Shown here: in pieces, positions 29,196-39,412 of the stretch
Position numbering within the stretch: position 1 is the first letter of the stretch
How the letters are laid out: the number at the start of each line of letters is the position of its first letter
Source of the DNA: Clostridiales bacterium
Lineage (GTDB): Bacteria; Bacillota; Peptococcia; DRI-13; UBA5745
Direction of reading: 5' to 3'
DNA: 64,000 nt
Assembly: GCA_038562165.1 (NCBI GenBank)
Contig: JBCFAO010000001.1
Span: forward strand, 34,527 to 98,526
Notes under the pieces: model-generated
Databases searched by the model: none
What the model was told of the DNA's origin: nothing
What the model saw: only the letters and a program-made list of their open reading frames with translations
Made by a program: the position numbers and the translations under genes

Positions 29196-29225
29196 TCTTT
29201 AAACTGTGGAGTTGCGGAGGTATTT

Positions 29226-30440
29226 ATGGCTATCATTAAACTGCTTGTTGTTTTTGCCGTCATGGTAATTGTGCTGAAACTAAAAAAGCCTTTATTCCTG
29301 GCCATCATTGGGGCAACGATTGCTACCGCCCTTTTATTCGGTATAGGTTTGGGGCCTTTTTTTTCTGCCTTATACCGGGGAGCCACCGGCTGGGGCACCC
29401 TTTCCATACTGCTGGTCTTCTATCTTATTGCCTTTCTCCAGCGGATGCTGGAAAAGCGGGGCAGCCTGAACCTGGCCCAGCAGTCCTTAAACCGCTTATT
29501 TAACAGCCGGAGGATCACGGCTTCTTTGGCCCCCTTCCTCCTTGGCCTGCTGCCCTCGGCCAGCGTCGTTATCCTCTGCGGCGAAATCGTAGAAAACACT
29601 GTCGGCAAGGATTTAGCCACGGAAGAAAAAGCTTTCGTCACCTCATTTTACCGTCATATTCCCGAAAGCTTTCTGCCCACCTTTTCTTCTGTGGTTATTG
29701 CCATTAACCTGACCCAAGGCGCGGTAACCGCCGGCTCTTTTATACTGGGCATGGTGCCTATGGTCATTGTGCTGGCCCTATTGGGTTACGTTTTTTACCT
29801 GAGAAGAATCCCTAAAGAAACCATGCTTCCTCCCAGCAACAACAAGTGGCGGGACTTTTTAAACCTTTGCATAGGCTGCTGGCCCATCGCTTTGATTATT
29901 GCCTTGATCCTTACCTTTGATATTCCTGTGTATCTAGCCGCCGCCATCTCCATCCTGCTTTTTATCTTAATCGGCCGTTTCAGTTTAGGAGAGCTAAAGC
30001 CCTTTGTAAAGTCTGCCATTGAATCAAACCTGTTAATCAGCACTTTCTTTATTATGCTGTTTAAAGAGGTCTTAGGCGCTACCGGAGTTATTGCTACTCT
30101 GCCGGCTTTATTTGCCAAACTCCCCCTGCCGGAATTCCTAATTTTCGCACTGATCTTCTTCTTCGGAACAGTTGTCAGCGGCTCTCAGGCCATTGCCGTA
30201 ATCGGCATTCCTTTGGTATTCATGTCCATTACGTCAGGCCATCTGCCCATGTTCATCCTGCTGATGGGTATGACCTTTGCCGCCAACCAAATCACGCCTA
30301 CCCATGTCTGCCTGCCCATTGCCGCCGAGTATTTTCATATCAGCTTTGACGCTTTGGTTAAGCAATCCCTTCCCGTCCTGGCTGTTTTCTGTGCCGCCCT
30401 TTTCGGCTATTACTTTTTACTGATGCTTTTTGTATATTGA
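29226..30440 (+). CDS. DUF401-like (TIGR00529) membrane transporter
   Basis: Many TM segments; FYRHIPE; QITPTHVCL. Confidence 0.75.
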   Translation: MAIIKLLVVFAVMVIVLKLKKPLFLAIIGATIATALLFGIGLGPFFSALYRGATGWGTLSILLVFYLIAFLQRMLEKRGSLNLAQQSLNRLFNSRRITASLAPFLLGLLPSASVVILCGEIVENTVGKDLATEEKAFVTSFYRHIPESFLPTFSSVVIAINLTQGAVTAGSFILGMVPMVIVLALLGYVFYLRRIPKETMLPPSNNKWRDFLNLCIGCWPIALIIALILTFDIPVYLAAAISILLFILIGRFSLGELKPFVKSAIESNLLISTFFIMLFKEVLGATGVIATLPALFAKLPLPEFLIFALIFFFGTVVSGSQAIAVIGIPLVFMSITSGHLPMFILLMGMTFAANQITPTHVCLPIAAEYFHISFDALVKQSLPVLAVFCAALFGYYFLLMLFVY

Positions 30441-30530
30441 TTGAAACCTTCCCCTTCTCTAATCCCTGAAAAAATGGTACTCTATTAGTATCAAAGAATA
30501 TCAAAAGGCAGCACACATGGAGGAGACAAG

Positions 30531-31919
30531 ATGAATAGTAAGACTTACACCGCCAAGGATCATTTATTGCGATGGATCAGTATTGCTTTTGCCACCTTAT
30601 TTGTCATCAATTATTTTGCCAAGATGGAGTCCCTCCGTCTAATCTGCGCCTTTTTCCTAATTATTATTTTATCCCAAAGCTTCCGCCAAATGCGCCCTGT
30701 CAATCTGCGGGTGGTGGGCGGGCTGTTTTTAGCCGGCGCCGTTATTTTGATCTGGTCCCGTGCCGATATTCATACCTGGCTGGAGGCATTGATGCAAAAT
30801 GCCAGCCTGGCCACCATGTTTACGGCGGCTCCCATGCTGGCACTGCCCTTTTATTATGAGGATTATCAAGGCGAGCTGGCCCGGTTTGCCCGGTTTAAAA
30901 TGCAATCTTTGTCAACCTTTATGTTGCTGAATGCCTTCAGCGGCTTTTTCTTAAGTCTCTTAGTAGGCGTAGGCGCTGTGGTAATTGCCTACGAAATGTT
31001 TTACCCTCATAGCAAAATGTACGATGCGGAAGAATTGTTTTATCCTTCCCTGACCCGCTACAATTGCTCTCCCGGCTTTTTGGCCCCGGCCTGGGCTTCT
31101 ATTGCGGTGACCACCATGGCGACGGGTACGCCCTGGGTTTCCCTTGTGCCCATAGGGCTGGCCTTTGCCTGCGTTTATATTTTGATTGATATGATTATGC
31201 TGTCCATTCATATCCGGCGGCGGCCGGGACGTTATCCCAAGCTGCAGCCTATTGCCGGCGAGAAGGTTAATTACAAAAGAATCTTCATCATGCTGCTCCT
31301 GGCTGTAATTATGCTGGGGATGATCGGAACGATTAATGCCACTACCGGTTGGAGCTTGATGATCGTTATTCCTATTGTGGCTATTTCCTTCCCCTTGCTG
31401 ACAGCCCTTTTTCAAAGGAAAATCCCGGCCTACCGGGCGGGCATGGCTCAATATTATGACAAGTCCCTGCTGAAAGTCCGGACTGAAATAGGCCTCTTTA
31501 CGGCAGCCGGTTTTCTGGGCAAAGCTCTGGAGGCCTCCGGTATCGGCGCCAAAATACCGGCTTTATTGCCGGATTGGCTTCATGCCTATCCGGTTTTCAT
31601 GATCATCGCCATCATGCTGGTGATTATTTTGCCCTCCTTGGTGGGCATTCATGCCGTAGCTACAGGCAGCGCCTTGCTGGCGGCCTTGACGCCGGCTGCG
31701 GTAGGAATGAACCAGATGACCTTCGTGCTGACGGTACTGGCCGGCTGGATGATCTCCATCATCGTATCGCCTTTTTCCGGTGCGGCTTTAATCGTTGGCG
31801 GCTATGCGGAGCAGCCTCCCTGGCAGATCTCCCTTGGCAAAAACGGCCCCTTCGGCCTGGCTTGCCTAATCGTGTTCAGCCTGCTGATTTTCCTGATTGG
31901 ACCTTTTTTGCAGGTTTAA
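30531..31919 (+). CDS. Multi-pass membrane protein, putative IT-superfamily transporter
   Basis: About 12 hydrophobic segments; LVGIH and SPFSG motifs. Confidence 0.65.
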   Translation: MNSKTYTAKDHLLRWISIAFATLFVINYFAKMESLRLICAFFLIIILSQSFRQMRPVNLRVVGGLFLAGAVILIWSRADIHTWLEALMQNASLATMFTAAPMLALPFYYEDYQGELARFARFKMQSLSTFMLLNAFSGFFLSLLVGVGAVVIAYEMFYPHSKMYDAEELFYPSLTRYNCSPGFLAPAWASIAVTTMATGTPWVSLVPIGLAFACVYILIDMIMLSIHIRRRPGRYPKLQPIAGEKVNYKRIFIMLLLAVIMLGMIGTINATTGWSLMIVIPIVAISFPLLTALFQRKIPAYRAGMAQYYDKSLLKVRTEIGLFTAAGFLGKALEASGIGAKIPALLPDWLHAYPVFMIIAIMLVIILPSLVGIHAVATGSALLAALTPAAVGMNQMTFVLTVLAGWMISIIVSPFSGAALIVGGYAEQPPWQISLGKNGPFGLACLIVFSLLIFLIGPFLQV

Positions 31920-31931
31920 GCAGCAGACAGG

Positions 31932-32027
31932 GAGCTCACTGAAAAAGTCGCTTCCAATCCCGCCGCCTGTACAAAAATTGAATAATTCTGTGATGAGATC
32001 TGCTTCCACGACTTTTTCAGTGGCCTG
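31932..32027. mobile_element. 96-bp MITE with terminal inverted repeats and a 9-bp target-site duplication
   Basis: CACTGAAAAAGTCG (31937-31950) / CGACTTTTTCAGTG (32009-32022); GCAGACAGG direct repeat at 31923-31931 and 32028-32036. Confidence 0.8.
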
Positions 32028-32111
32028 GCAGACAGGCTAACGCTAAACATTCCAAAAATGTTGTATATCTCTTTTATTTTGGGTATAATATGTGCGAGGT
32101 GATAACATTTT

Positions 32112-33410
32112 ATGGAGCGTAAGATCATGCCTTCATTGCTTGAATGGAAGAAAAGCCCTGACAGAATGCCCATGCTGCTTTACGGAGCCCGTCAAGTTGG
32201 CAAAACATATACAGCTCTGACCTTCGGTAAAACACACTATAAAAACACGGTATATTTTAACCTGGAGGACTCCTTGGAGCTTAGCTCCATCTTTGAACGG
32301 GATCTTGACCCCAAACGCTTAGTGCGAGAGCTTTCCGTACTGGCCGGACAAAGTATTTTTGAAGAGGATACTCTTATTATCCTTGATGAGATACAGGCTT
32401 GCGAAAGAGCATTGACCAGTTTAAAATATTTCTGCGAAAAAGCTCCGGGCTATCATATTATTGCAGCAGGCAGCCTCCTGGGTGTGGCCCTTAATCGAGA
32501 GAAATATTCCTTTCCTGTGGGCAAAGTGGATATGTTGACCCTCTATCCTTTTGACTTTGAAGAATTTCTCTGGGCCATCGGCCAAAAAGATTTAAGTGAT
32601 TTGATTAAGGAATGCTATTGCACCTTTTCATCCTTTTCCCTTCACGATAAGGCCATGGATTTATATAAAACTTATTTAGTCACAGGCGGAATGCCCAGAG
32701 CAATATATGAGTATGCGGACAAAAAGGATTTCGACTTTGTTAAAGCCGTGCAAAAATCCTTAAACGACGCTTATATCGCCGATATGGCAAAATATGCAAC
32801 AGCTCAGGAAACCACCCGTATCATGGCCGCCTGGCAAAGCATACCTGCACAGCTTGCTAAGGACAACCGGAAATTCCAATATAAAATAATTAAATCAGGG
32901 GCCAGAGCTTACGAATATGAGATACCGCTGCAATGGCTGCAAGCATCGGGTGTTATTAACCGCTGCATAAAGGTTACAGAAGGAAAAATGCCCTTGTCAG
33001 TTTATACGGATAATAACTCCTTCAAAGTTTATATGGTGGATACCGGCTTACTTTGCTCCAAATTTGATATTCCGCCTCATGTGATTATTTCAGGCTCTCA
33101 CAGTTTTGACGGCTTCAAGGGGGCGCTGGCCGAGAACTATATTTGTCAGGCTCTCACAACGAACAATATTACCCCTTATTATTGGGAGTCGGCAGGTAAA
33201 GCCGAACTTGACTTTGTCTTTCAGGACAAGTCAGGCAATATTGTCCCCCTGGAAGCAAAATCTTCGGAAAATGTCCGTTCCAAAAGCCTTATGCGGTTTA
33301 TACAGCTCTACGCCTCCCCTTATGCCATACGGGTATCGGCAAAAAACTTTGGTTATGAGCGCAATATAAAAAGTGTACCGCTATACGCAGTATTTTGTAT
33401 TACCCCTTGA
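32112..33410 (+). CDS. AAA_14 + DUF4143 ATP-binding protein (intact)
   Basis: MERKIM...GARQVGKT, IILDEIQ, AAGSLLG, GGMP, ELDF...LEAK. Confidence 0.9.
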   Translation: MERKIMPSLLEWKKSPDRMPMLLYGARQVGKTYTALTFGKTHYKNTVYFNLEDSLELSSIFERDLDPKRLVRELSVLAGQSIFEEDTLIILDEIQACERALTSLKYFCEKAPGYHIIAAGSLLGVALNREKYSFPVGKVDMLTLYPFDFEEFLWAIGQKDLSDLIKECYCTFSSFSLHDKAMDLYKTYLVTGGMPRAIYEYADKKDFDFVKAVQKSLNDAYIADMAKYATAQETTRIMAAWQSIPAQLAKDNRKFQYKIIKSGARAYEYEIPLQWLQASGVINRCIKVTEGKMPLSVYTDNNSFKVYMVDTGLLCSKFDIPPHVIISGSHSFDGFKGALAENYICQALTTNNITPYYWESAGKAELDFVFQDKSGNIVPLEAKSSENVRSKSLMRFIQLYASPYAIRVSAKNFGYERNIKSVPLYAVFCITP

Positions 33411-33424
33411 TTAAGAAGTATTTG

Positions 33425-33470
33425 TACAGTAAAACGGCATGGTCAGTTTTGACTATGCCGTTTTACTGTA
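33425..33470. terminator. Long hairpin, probable terminator
   Basis: TACAGTAAAACGGCATGGTCA...TGACTATGCCGTTTTACTGTA. Confidence 0.65.
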
Positions 33471-33503
33471 CAATGCCATTTGAATGGATAGGAATTGCTG
33501 CAC

Positions 33504-33532
33504 TTGACAACTCAAGGCTCCCAAAGTATAAT
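33504..33532 (+). promoter_or_regulatory. Sigma-A promoter of the abrB-like/acyltransferase operon
   Basis: TTGACA-17-TATAAT, followed by an AATCATAC direct repeat. Confidence 0.8.
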
Positions 33533-33593
33533 AATCATACAAATCATACTTTTACCCCAATACTAACCACTAAAAAGGATGTGAGATAATTCT

Positions 33594-33833
33594 ATGGCCT
33601 CCCCCAAAGGTAAGTATGCCTGGACTGTTAAAGTAGGCGAAAAAGGTCAATTTGTTATTCCGAAGGAAGCAAGAGAGATTTTCAATATCGAACCCGGCGA
33701 TACATTGATTATTTTAGCCGATGAAAAGCAGGGCATCGCTATCCCCCCGCCGGATATGTTTGCCCAGCTGGCAAAGGCCATCTTTCCCGAAAATAGGTCT
33801 TCGGCAAAGGGCGGAAAGGAGGAAGAGGAATAG
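33594..33833 (+). CDS. AbrB/MazE/SpoVT family DNA-binding protein
   Basis: VKVGEKGQFVIPKEAREIFNIEPGD. Confidence 0.9.
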   Translation: MASPKGKYAWTVKVGEKGQFVIPKEAREIFNIEPGDTLIILADEKQGIAIPPPDMFAQLAKAIFPENRSSAKGGKEEEE

Positions 33834-34900
33834 TGCCCCATACCGCTCTGCCAAGGAAAAATTATTTTGATAATATCCGTTGCGCAACGATCGTACTTGT
33901 GCTTATTTATCATGTTATTTATATTTTTAATAGTGCGGGGGTCGTCAGCAATATTCCCATACAGGGGATCCCGGCTCTGGACGCTATCTGTTACTTTCTT
34001 TATCCCTGGTTCATGTGTCTGCTGTTTGTGGTTGCCGGTATCAGCGCCAGGTATTCCCTGCAGACACGCAGTACCGGACAATTTCTGCGGGAAAGGGTGC
34101 GAAAACTAATCATTCCTTACTTTGGCGGTGCGTTTTTGCTAGGCTGGCTTAACGGGTGGGTGACGGCCCATTATGTGGATATGTTCGGTGGGCATGCGGT
34201 TCCCGGTTTAGTAAAGTATCTGGTGTATACTCTAAATATCGGCCCGTTGTGGTTTCTTTTGGAGCTGTTCGTGCTTTCCATGATTCTGCTGCTGATCCGC
34301 AGGATTGACCCCAGGGACAAACTTTGGACACTGGCTGGGAAAGCCGGTCTGCCGCTTATCCTTTTGCTCTTCCTGCCGGTATGGGGTTCCTCATTTTTGC
34401 TCAATCTGCCTGTTGTCGTTGTCTTTCGCAACGGAATTTACGGGCTGATGTTTCTGCTCGGCCATTATGTATTTTCCCATGACACCATTTTGGCAAAGCT
34501 AAATAAACATGCCGCTCTGTTTTTGATTATTGCCGTCGGATTGGGGATTGTTGAAGTCTGGTATTTCTTCGGTCAGAACTATACATCCGACACCTGCCTG
34601 CAGCATCCATTCACAAACCTGTACCTTTGGGCAATGATCCTCGCCATTCTGGGATGTGCTCAGAGGTGGCTTAATTTCAGCAACTCCTTTACAAAGTATG
34701 TGCAAAAACGCAGTTTCGCCCTTTACGTGTTCCATTATCCGCTGCTGGTCACGGCGGCGTATCTGATCACGACTTATGCCGAATTGCCTATGGCGGCGGT
34801 TTATCTGATTTTACTGCCCTTCACTTTTGCCGCACCTATACTCCTTTATGAAATCATCAGCAGAATACCGGTCATCCGCTATCTTTTGTTGGGGATATGA
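33833..34900 (+). CDS. Acyltransferase 3 family (OpgC-like) membrane protein
   Basis: RKNYFDNIR...YH, ERVRKLIIP, LWFL, SFALYVFH; GTG start overlaps the upstream stop. Confidence 0.88.
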   Translation: MPHTALPRKNYFDNIRCATIVLVLIYHVIYIFNSAGVVSNIPIQGIPALDAICYFLYPWFMCLLFVVAGISARYSLQTRSTGQFLRERVRKLIIPYFGGAFLLGWLNGWVTAHYVDMFGGHAVPGLVKYLVYTLNIGPLWFLLELFVLSMILLLIRRIDPRDKLWTLAGKAGLPLILLLFLPVWGSSFLLNLPVVVVFRNGIYGLMFLLGHYVFSHDTILAKLNKHAALFLIIAVGLGIVEVWYFFGQNYTSDTCLQHPFTNLYLWAMILAILGCAQRWLNFSNSFTKYVQKRSFALYVFHYPLLVTAAYLITTYAELPMAAVYLILLPFTFAAPILLYEIISRIPVIRYLLLGI

Positions 34901-34930
34901 GGATTATATCCTTGGTTTCCTTTAACACAA

Positions 34931-34979
34931 AAACCCCGTGTAAGCCAACGGTAGCATACCAATGGTTTACACGGGGTTT
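34931..34979. terminator. Bidirectional terminator hairpin
   Basis: AAACCCCGTGTAAGCCA...TGGTTTACACGGGGTTT. Confidence 0.7.
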
Positions 34980-35032
34980 ACTCATGCCCTTTAATGTTTC
35001 ATAGCTTGTTAAAGGTTGTTACATAACCCCTC

Positions 35033-37087
35033 TCAGCAGATCTGACGCTGAAAGTGGCGGCCCTCCGTAAGGGCTGTCAAAAAATCAGCAACATAGCTTT
35101 CCATATTGGGAGCCGGCTCACAGATGATGCCCGGCTCCTTTTTTTCACCGCAGCGCAGCAGACAGTGCAGAGCTGTGGCTTCGCCGCTTAGACCGATGGT
35201 CTTATAGTGGTTAAAGGTATCGCAAAGATAGGTCTGTACATCGGCCAGGCCTTTAAGGGTCTCCACCTGAGAGCCGCCGGGCACATAAACGCCATCGTAA
35301 AAGACGGGGGCTGTAGTGGCGTAAGTCTTGTTAGCCTCTACTGTGCTGCTGTCACAGGCGGTGACCGGCCCTAAATTGCCGGATACTACATCAAAACAAG
35401 CGCCGGCCCCGGTAAGTGCGGAAGTAACGGCGTCAAACTGTGCCCTGTCAAAACCGCCGGCAACCAGTACGGCCACCTTTTTGGTTTGAGGGCTCTTCGG
35501 CGTATTGGCCATACTGAGAGCGGGCGAGGAAAAAGCGGTAGGCTTGGCCATATTAGCCGGCGGCGTAGCGCCCAAGCCTTCAGCGACTTTTTGGGCCAGC
35601 TCCGGATCAACGTTGCCCAGCATATCCACCAGTTTTTGTTGGGTATTTTTATTTTTGCATTTGCCCAGCTCGAACCGGAAAGCATCAACAATGTGTCTCT
35701 TTTCCCAGTCAGACATGCTGTTCCAAAACATAGCCGGCTGCGTATAGTGGTCCCGGAAGCTGGCACTGCGTTCCCGGATAATGTGACCGTCTACTTTCTC
35801 CTGGTAATGCTCAAAATGGCTTTCATGAGGGCCGGCGGCATGGGGCTGGCCGTTATTCAGGGAGTTGGGGTAATAACTGGTCTGGCCTTCATCAATGGTC
35901 ATGCGGTGCATGCCGTCCCGCTGGTTGTTGTTGACGGTAAGCAGCGGCCGGTTGATGGGAATCTGCTGGAAGTTGGGCCCACCCAAACGGGAAATCTGGG
36001 TATCAATGTAAGAAAACAACCGGCCCTGGAGCATGGGATCATTGGTAAAGTCGATACCCGGCACCACATTACCCGGACAGAAGGCCACTTGCTCCGTTTC
36101 CGCAAAAAAGTTGCTGACATTCTGGTTCAGCGTCATCTTGCCGATTTTTTGAAGAGGAACCAGCTCCTCCGGCCAAAGCTTTGTGCAATCCAGGATATCA
36201 AAATCAAACTTGAACTCGTCTTCCGGGTTTAGCACTTGAATAGCCAGTTCAAATTCAACGGCATTACCTTGTTCAATTTTCTCCCATAGATCCCTGCGGT
36301 TGAAATCCGGATCCTTGCCGGCGATCTTCTGAGCCTCATCCCAGACCAGGGAATGGACGCCCAAAATGGGCTTCCAGTGGAATTTGACGAACTTGAATTC
36401 ACCCTTGGCATTGACGAGACGGAAGGTGTGAATGCCAAAGCCCTCCATGGTACGGTAGCTCTGGGGTACGGCCCGGGGCGACATCAGCCACATCACATTA
36501 TGCATTGTTTCCGGCGTATTCACCACAAAGTCCCAGAAGGTATCGTGGGCTGAGGCTGCCTGGGGCATCTCATTGTTGGGCTCGGGCTTCAGGGCATGGA
36601 TAAGGTCAGGAAACTTAATGGCGTCCTGAATGAAAAATACCGGCATATTGTTGCTGACAATATCATAGTTGCCTTCTTCCGTATAGAACTTAACCGCAAA
36701 GCCCCGGACATCCCGCACCGTATCCGGAGAACCCCGGAATCCTGCAACGGTGGAAAAGCGCACGAAGACCGGCGTGACTAGGTTAGGATCGCTAAGGAAA
36801 TGGGCTCTTGTCAGATGAGAAAGGTTTTCGTAAACCTGAAAATAGCCATGGGCCCCTGATCCCCGGGCGTGAACAATCCGCTCGGGAATTCGCTCATGGT
36901 CAAAATGAGTGACCTTTTCCCGGAAGATAAAATCCTCCATCAGCGTGGGACCCCGTTTGCCAGCCTTCAGGGAATCGTCGGTATTGCTAACGCCCACACC
37001 TTGATTGGTAGTGAGATAACCGCTGCTATGGCTGACCCGGGCAGCGTCAAGATCCAGGGATTTTGCGTTTTGCTTCTCTGCCTGCAT
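35033..37087 (-). CDS. katE: Large-subunit heme catalase (HPII type) with a C-terminal DJ-1/PfpI-like domain
   Basis: [24 protein letters not shown]; start ATG 37087 with GGAGG RBS. Confidence 0.93.
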   Translation of the reverse strand: MQAEKQNAKSLDLDAARVSHSSGYLTTNQGVGVSNTDDSLKAGKRGPTLMEDFIFREKVTHFDHERIPERIVHARGSGAHGYFQVYENLSHLTRAHFLSDPNLVTPVFVRFSTVAGFRGSPDTVRDVRGFAVKFYTEEGNYDIVSNNMPVFFIQDAIKFPDLIHALKPEPNNEMPQAASAHDTFWDFVVNTPETMHNVMWLMSPRAVPQSYRTMEGFGIHTFRLVNAKGEFKFVKFHWKPILGVHSLVWDEAQKIAGKDPDFNRRDLWEKIEQGNAVEFELAIQVLNPEDEFKFDFDILDCTKLWPEELVPLQKIGKMTLNQNVSNFFAETEQVAFCPGNVVPGIDFTNDPMLQGRLFSYIDTQISRLGGPNFQQIPINRPLLTVNNNQRDGMHRMTIDEGQTSYYPNSLNNGQPHAAGPHESHFEHYQEKVDGHIIRERSASFRDHYTQPAMFWNSMSDWEKRHIVDAFRFELGKCKNKNTQQKLVDMLGNVDPELAQKVAEGLGATPPANMAKPTAFSSPALSMANTPKSPQTKKVAVLVAGGFDRAQFDAVTSALTGAGACFDVVSGNLGPVTACDSSTVEANKTYATTAPVFYDGVYVPGGSQVETLKGLADVQTYLCDTFNHYKTIGLSGEATALHCLLRCGEKKEPGIICEPAPNMESYVADFLTALTEGRHFQRQIC

Positions 37088-37283
37088 GTGATACCTCCAT
37101 ATAGAATTTCTATTATGTAGTATTGTCCATGCAGGAAAATTCATGCAGGTAAAGGAAATTTATTCTTTATGGAGTAGCATTTTGCCGGCAAATGCGAATT
37201 TAATAGCCAAAACGGAGAAGAAAGCTGCCGGCTGCCTGTGCTATACTTGTAGAATACGCCAAAATCAACCAAGGAGGAACTCA

Positions 37284-37985
37284 ATGAAAGGTCTGCGTCT
37301 TCCCAGCATTGAAATTTCCGGTATCGATATGAGTAAATGCTATTTTAATCCCGGCTGCGCGCTATGCGTATACAAGCCCGAGTCCGGTCAAAAAATACTG
37401 AACATGCTAAACGAATATTTCGGGCCGGCGCAACTTCACGGCATCTGCTGCCACCATGAGCCCCGGTTGCCTTACGGTGCTGTAATTATCAATAATTGTG
37501 CCGGCTGCGACAGAAGATTCCGCTCCTTATATGAGGGAATCCAAACCATTTCATTATGGGAGGTATTGGCCAGCATCCCAAACCTGCCCCTGCCCGATCA
37601 CAGGGGACTGACGGTGTCTGTCCATGACTCTTGCTCCTACCGGCCCAAGCCCCAGGTTCACAAGGCTGTCAGGAGCATCTTGCATAAAATGAATATCCAA
37701 ATCATTGATTCCCCTTATAGCGGCACCAGCTCCATCTGCTGCGGCGACAACTTCTACCCCCGGCTGCCTATTGAAAGGATTACAGAATTTCAAAGGATGC
37801 GGGCTGCCCAAATGCCCTGCCAGGACGTGGCTGTCTATTGCGTTTCTTGCATTAAATCTATGACTATCGGCGGCAAAACCGCCCATTACATGGCTGATCT
37901 TATCTTAGGTGAGGCAACGGAGCCTCAGGAAACAAGAATCGACCTATACCATAAAGCGGTGGACCAATATATCGATCAGCATTAA
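37284..37985 (+). CDS. CCG-domain (Fe-S)-binding protein
   Basis: NPGC, ICCH, CAGC, HDSC, ICCG, CVSC; start ATG 37284 with AGGAGG RBS. Confidence 0.82.
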   Translation: MKGLRLPSIEISGIDMSKCYFNPGCALCVYKPESGQKILNMLNEYFGPAQLHGICCHHEPRLPYGAVIINNCAGCDRRFRSLYEGIQTISLWEVLASIPNLPLPDHRGLTVSVHDSCSYRPKPQVHKAVRSILHKMNIQIIDSPYSGTSSICCGDNFYPRLPIERITEFQRMRAAQMPCQDVAVYCVSCIKSMTIGGKTAHYMADLILGEATEPQETRIDLYHKAVDQYIDQH

Positions 37986-37994
37986 AAATCCCCT

Positions 37995-38052
37995 AAAAAA
38001 CGGGCTGCCTCCCTCTTGGTTTTAACCAATAGGAAGACAGCCCGTTTTTTTT
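37995..38052. terminator. Bidirectional terminator
   Basis: A6-CGGGCTG...CAGCCCG-T-tract. Confidence 0.75.
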
Positions 38053-38091
38053 GTGGCAGCTTAAATGTTGGCTGATACAGTTTAATTATGG

Positions 38092-39267
38092 CTAATACAA
38101 AGCAGTATACTGGCCTTGGGCTATGGTCTCTATGACCATCTGCCGGTTAAGGGGGCTATGGGTATCAGGATTCATGGTGATAACGCCGGTCAGCACCTGA
38201 ATATCCCGGCTGCCGGCAATCCAATCCGCCAGCCGTCCTGCATCAGCGCCTTCCGTCTCTTTAATTCCTTCTATAATCAGATAAAGAGCATCTGCCGCCA
38301 GGGCCCCATTGGGCATCATGGGTTCTTCTTCCCAATATTTACTATAGCTATCAATCCAATGAGCCATAGCTGAATCCTCATTTTTGGAGATATTGACAAA
38401 GAAGCTTCCCTCCATTATCTCACTATCTATCCCTTGCAATTGCTGACCGGCCCAGGCGTCGCCTCCCAGAAAAAAGCAATCCATTGCCAGCTCCTTGGCC
38501 TGCTTGATCACCAGCTTCCCTTCAGTAGGGAAAGTAGGGATAAACAGAAGCTGGGCCCCTGACTCCTTGATTCGGGAAAGCTGTCCCGTAAGCTCCGGAT
38601 CGCCGGCCTGAAAAGATTCATTGGCGGTTATAACGCCGCCTTTTTCGGCAAAGGCCTGCTCAAAGTAAGCGGTTAGGTTAAGAGAATAGTCCGAACTGCT
38701 GTCTTTTAAAATACCGGCTTTGCCCACATTCAGATATTCAACGGCAAAAAGGGCAGCCTTTTCCGCCTGGTCGGCATCAGTAAAATTGGTTCTGAAAATA
38801 TACCGTAAAGGCTGACTATGGCCTGCCGGTACTGTCAGCTGATCGTTGGTCCCCGTTGTACTGATCATTACAATGCCTGCCTCCTCAAAAACCTGGGCGG
38901 CAGTGATGCTGAGATTGGATTGAGAAGGACCGATTACCGCCAAAGCTCCATCATTAGCCAAACGGTTGGCTGCCGTAAAGGCCCCTGTCTGATCGCCGCC
39001 ATTGTCATAGCTGATCAATTTCAACTCCCGGTCCAAAACTCCGCCGTCAGCATTGATGTTATTCACCATCATCTCCAGAGCTTTCTTCTCCGACTGGCCC
39101 CAGGCAGCATTATCACCGGACAAAGCCGCTATATGCCCAATGATAATAGGCCCGTCTCCTTTGCTGCCCTCAACAGTGCCGGCAGATGGGGCAGCCATGC
39201 CGCAACCCCCTGCAATAATAACTAATAAAGCCAGCAGCAATAAAAAGGCTGCTTTATTCTTTCTCAT
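38092..39267 (-). CDS. LivJ/LivK-family ABC substrate-binding lipoprotein (orphan)
   Basis: INADGGVL, VIGPSQS, YIFR, GGDAW; lipobox AGGC. Confidence 0.88.
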   Translation of the reverse strand: MRKNKAAFLLLLALLVIIAGGCGMAAPSAGTVEGSKGDGPIIIGHIAALSGDNAAWGQSEKKALEMMVNNINADGGVLDRELKLISYDNGGDQTGAFTAANRLANDGALAVIGPSQSNLSITAAQVFEEAGIVMISTTGTNDQLTVPAGHSQPLRYIFRTNFTDADQAEKAALFAVEYLNVGKAGILKDSSSDYSLNLTAYFEQAFAEKGGVITANESFQAGDPELTGQLSRIKESGAQLLFIPTFPTEGKLVIKQAKELAMDCFFLGGDAWAGQQLQGIDSEIMEGSFFVNISKNEDSAMAHWIDSYSKYWEEEPMMPNGALAADALYLIIEGIKETEGADAGRLADWIAGSRDIQVLTGVITMNPDTHSPLNRQMVIETIAQGQYTALY

Positions 39268-39412
39268 TTTATCTCCCCCCTTGCCGCAGATTTACCAAAT
39301 TTCTTATTTATAGTATAATGGGGGCCTGGATCAAAGTAAAATGAATGATTTTTATACTTTACATAAGAAACTCTTATACAAAAGAGATCATATTGAAAGG
39401 CAGAGGGTTGAC

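Noticed and set aside
33594-33833. AbrB/MazE protein as the antitoxin of a toxin-antitoxin pair
   Set aside because: The coupled downstream gene is a membrane acyltransferase, not a toxin.
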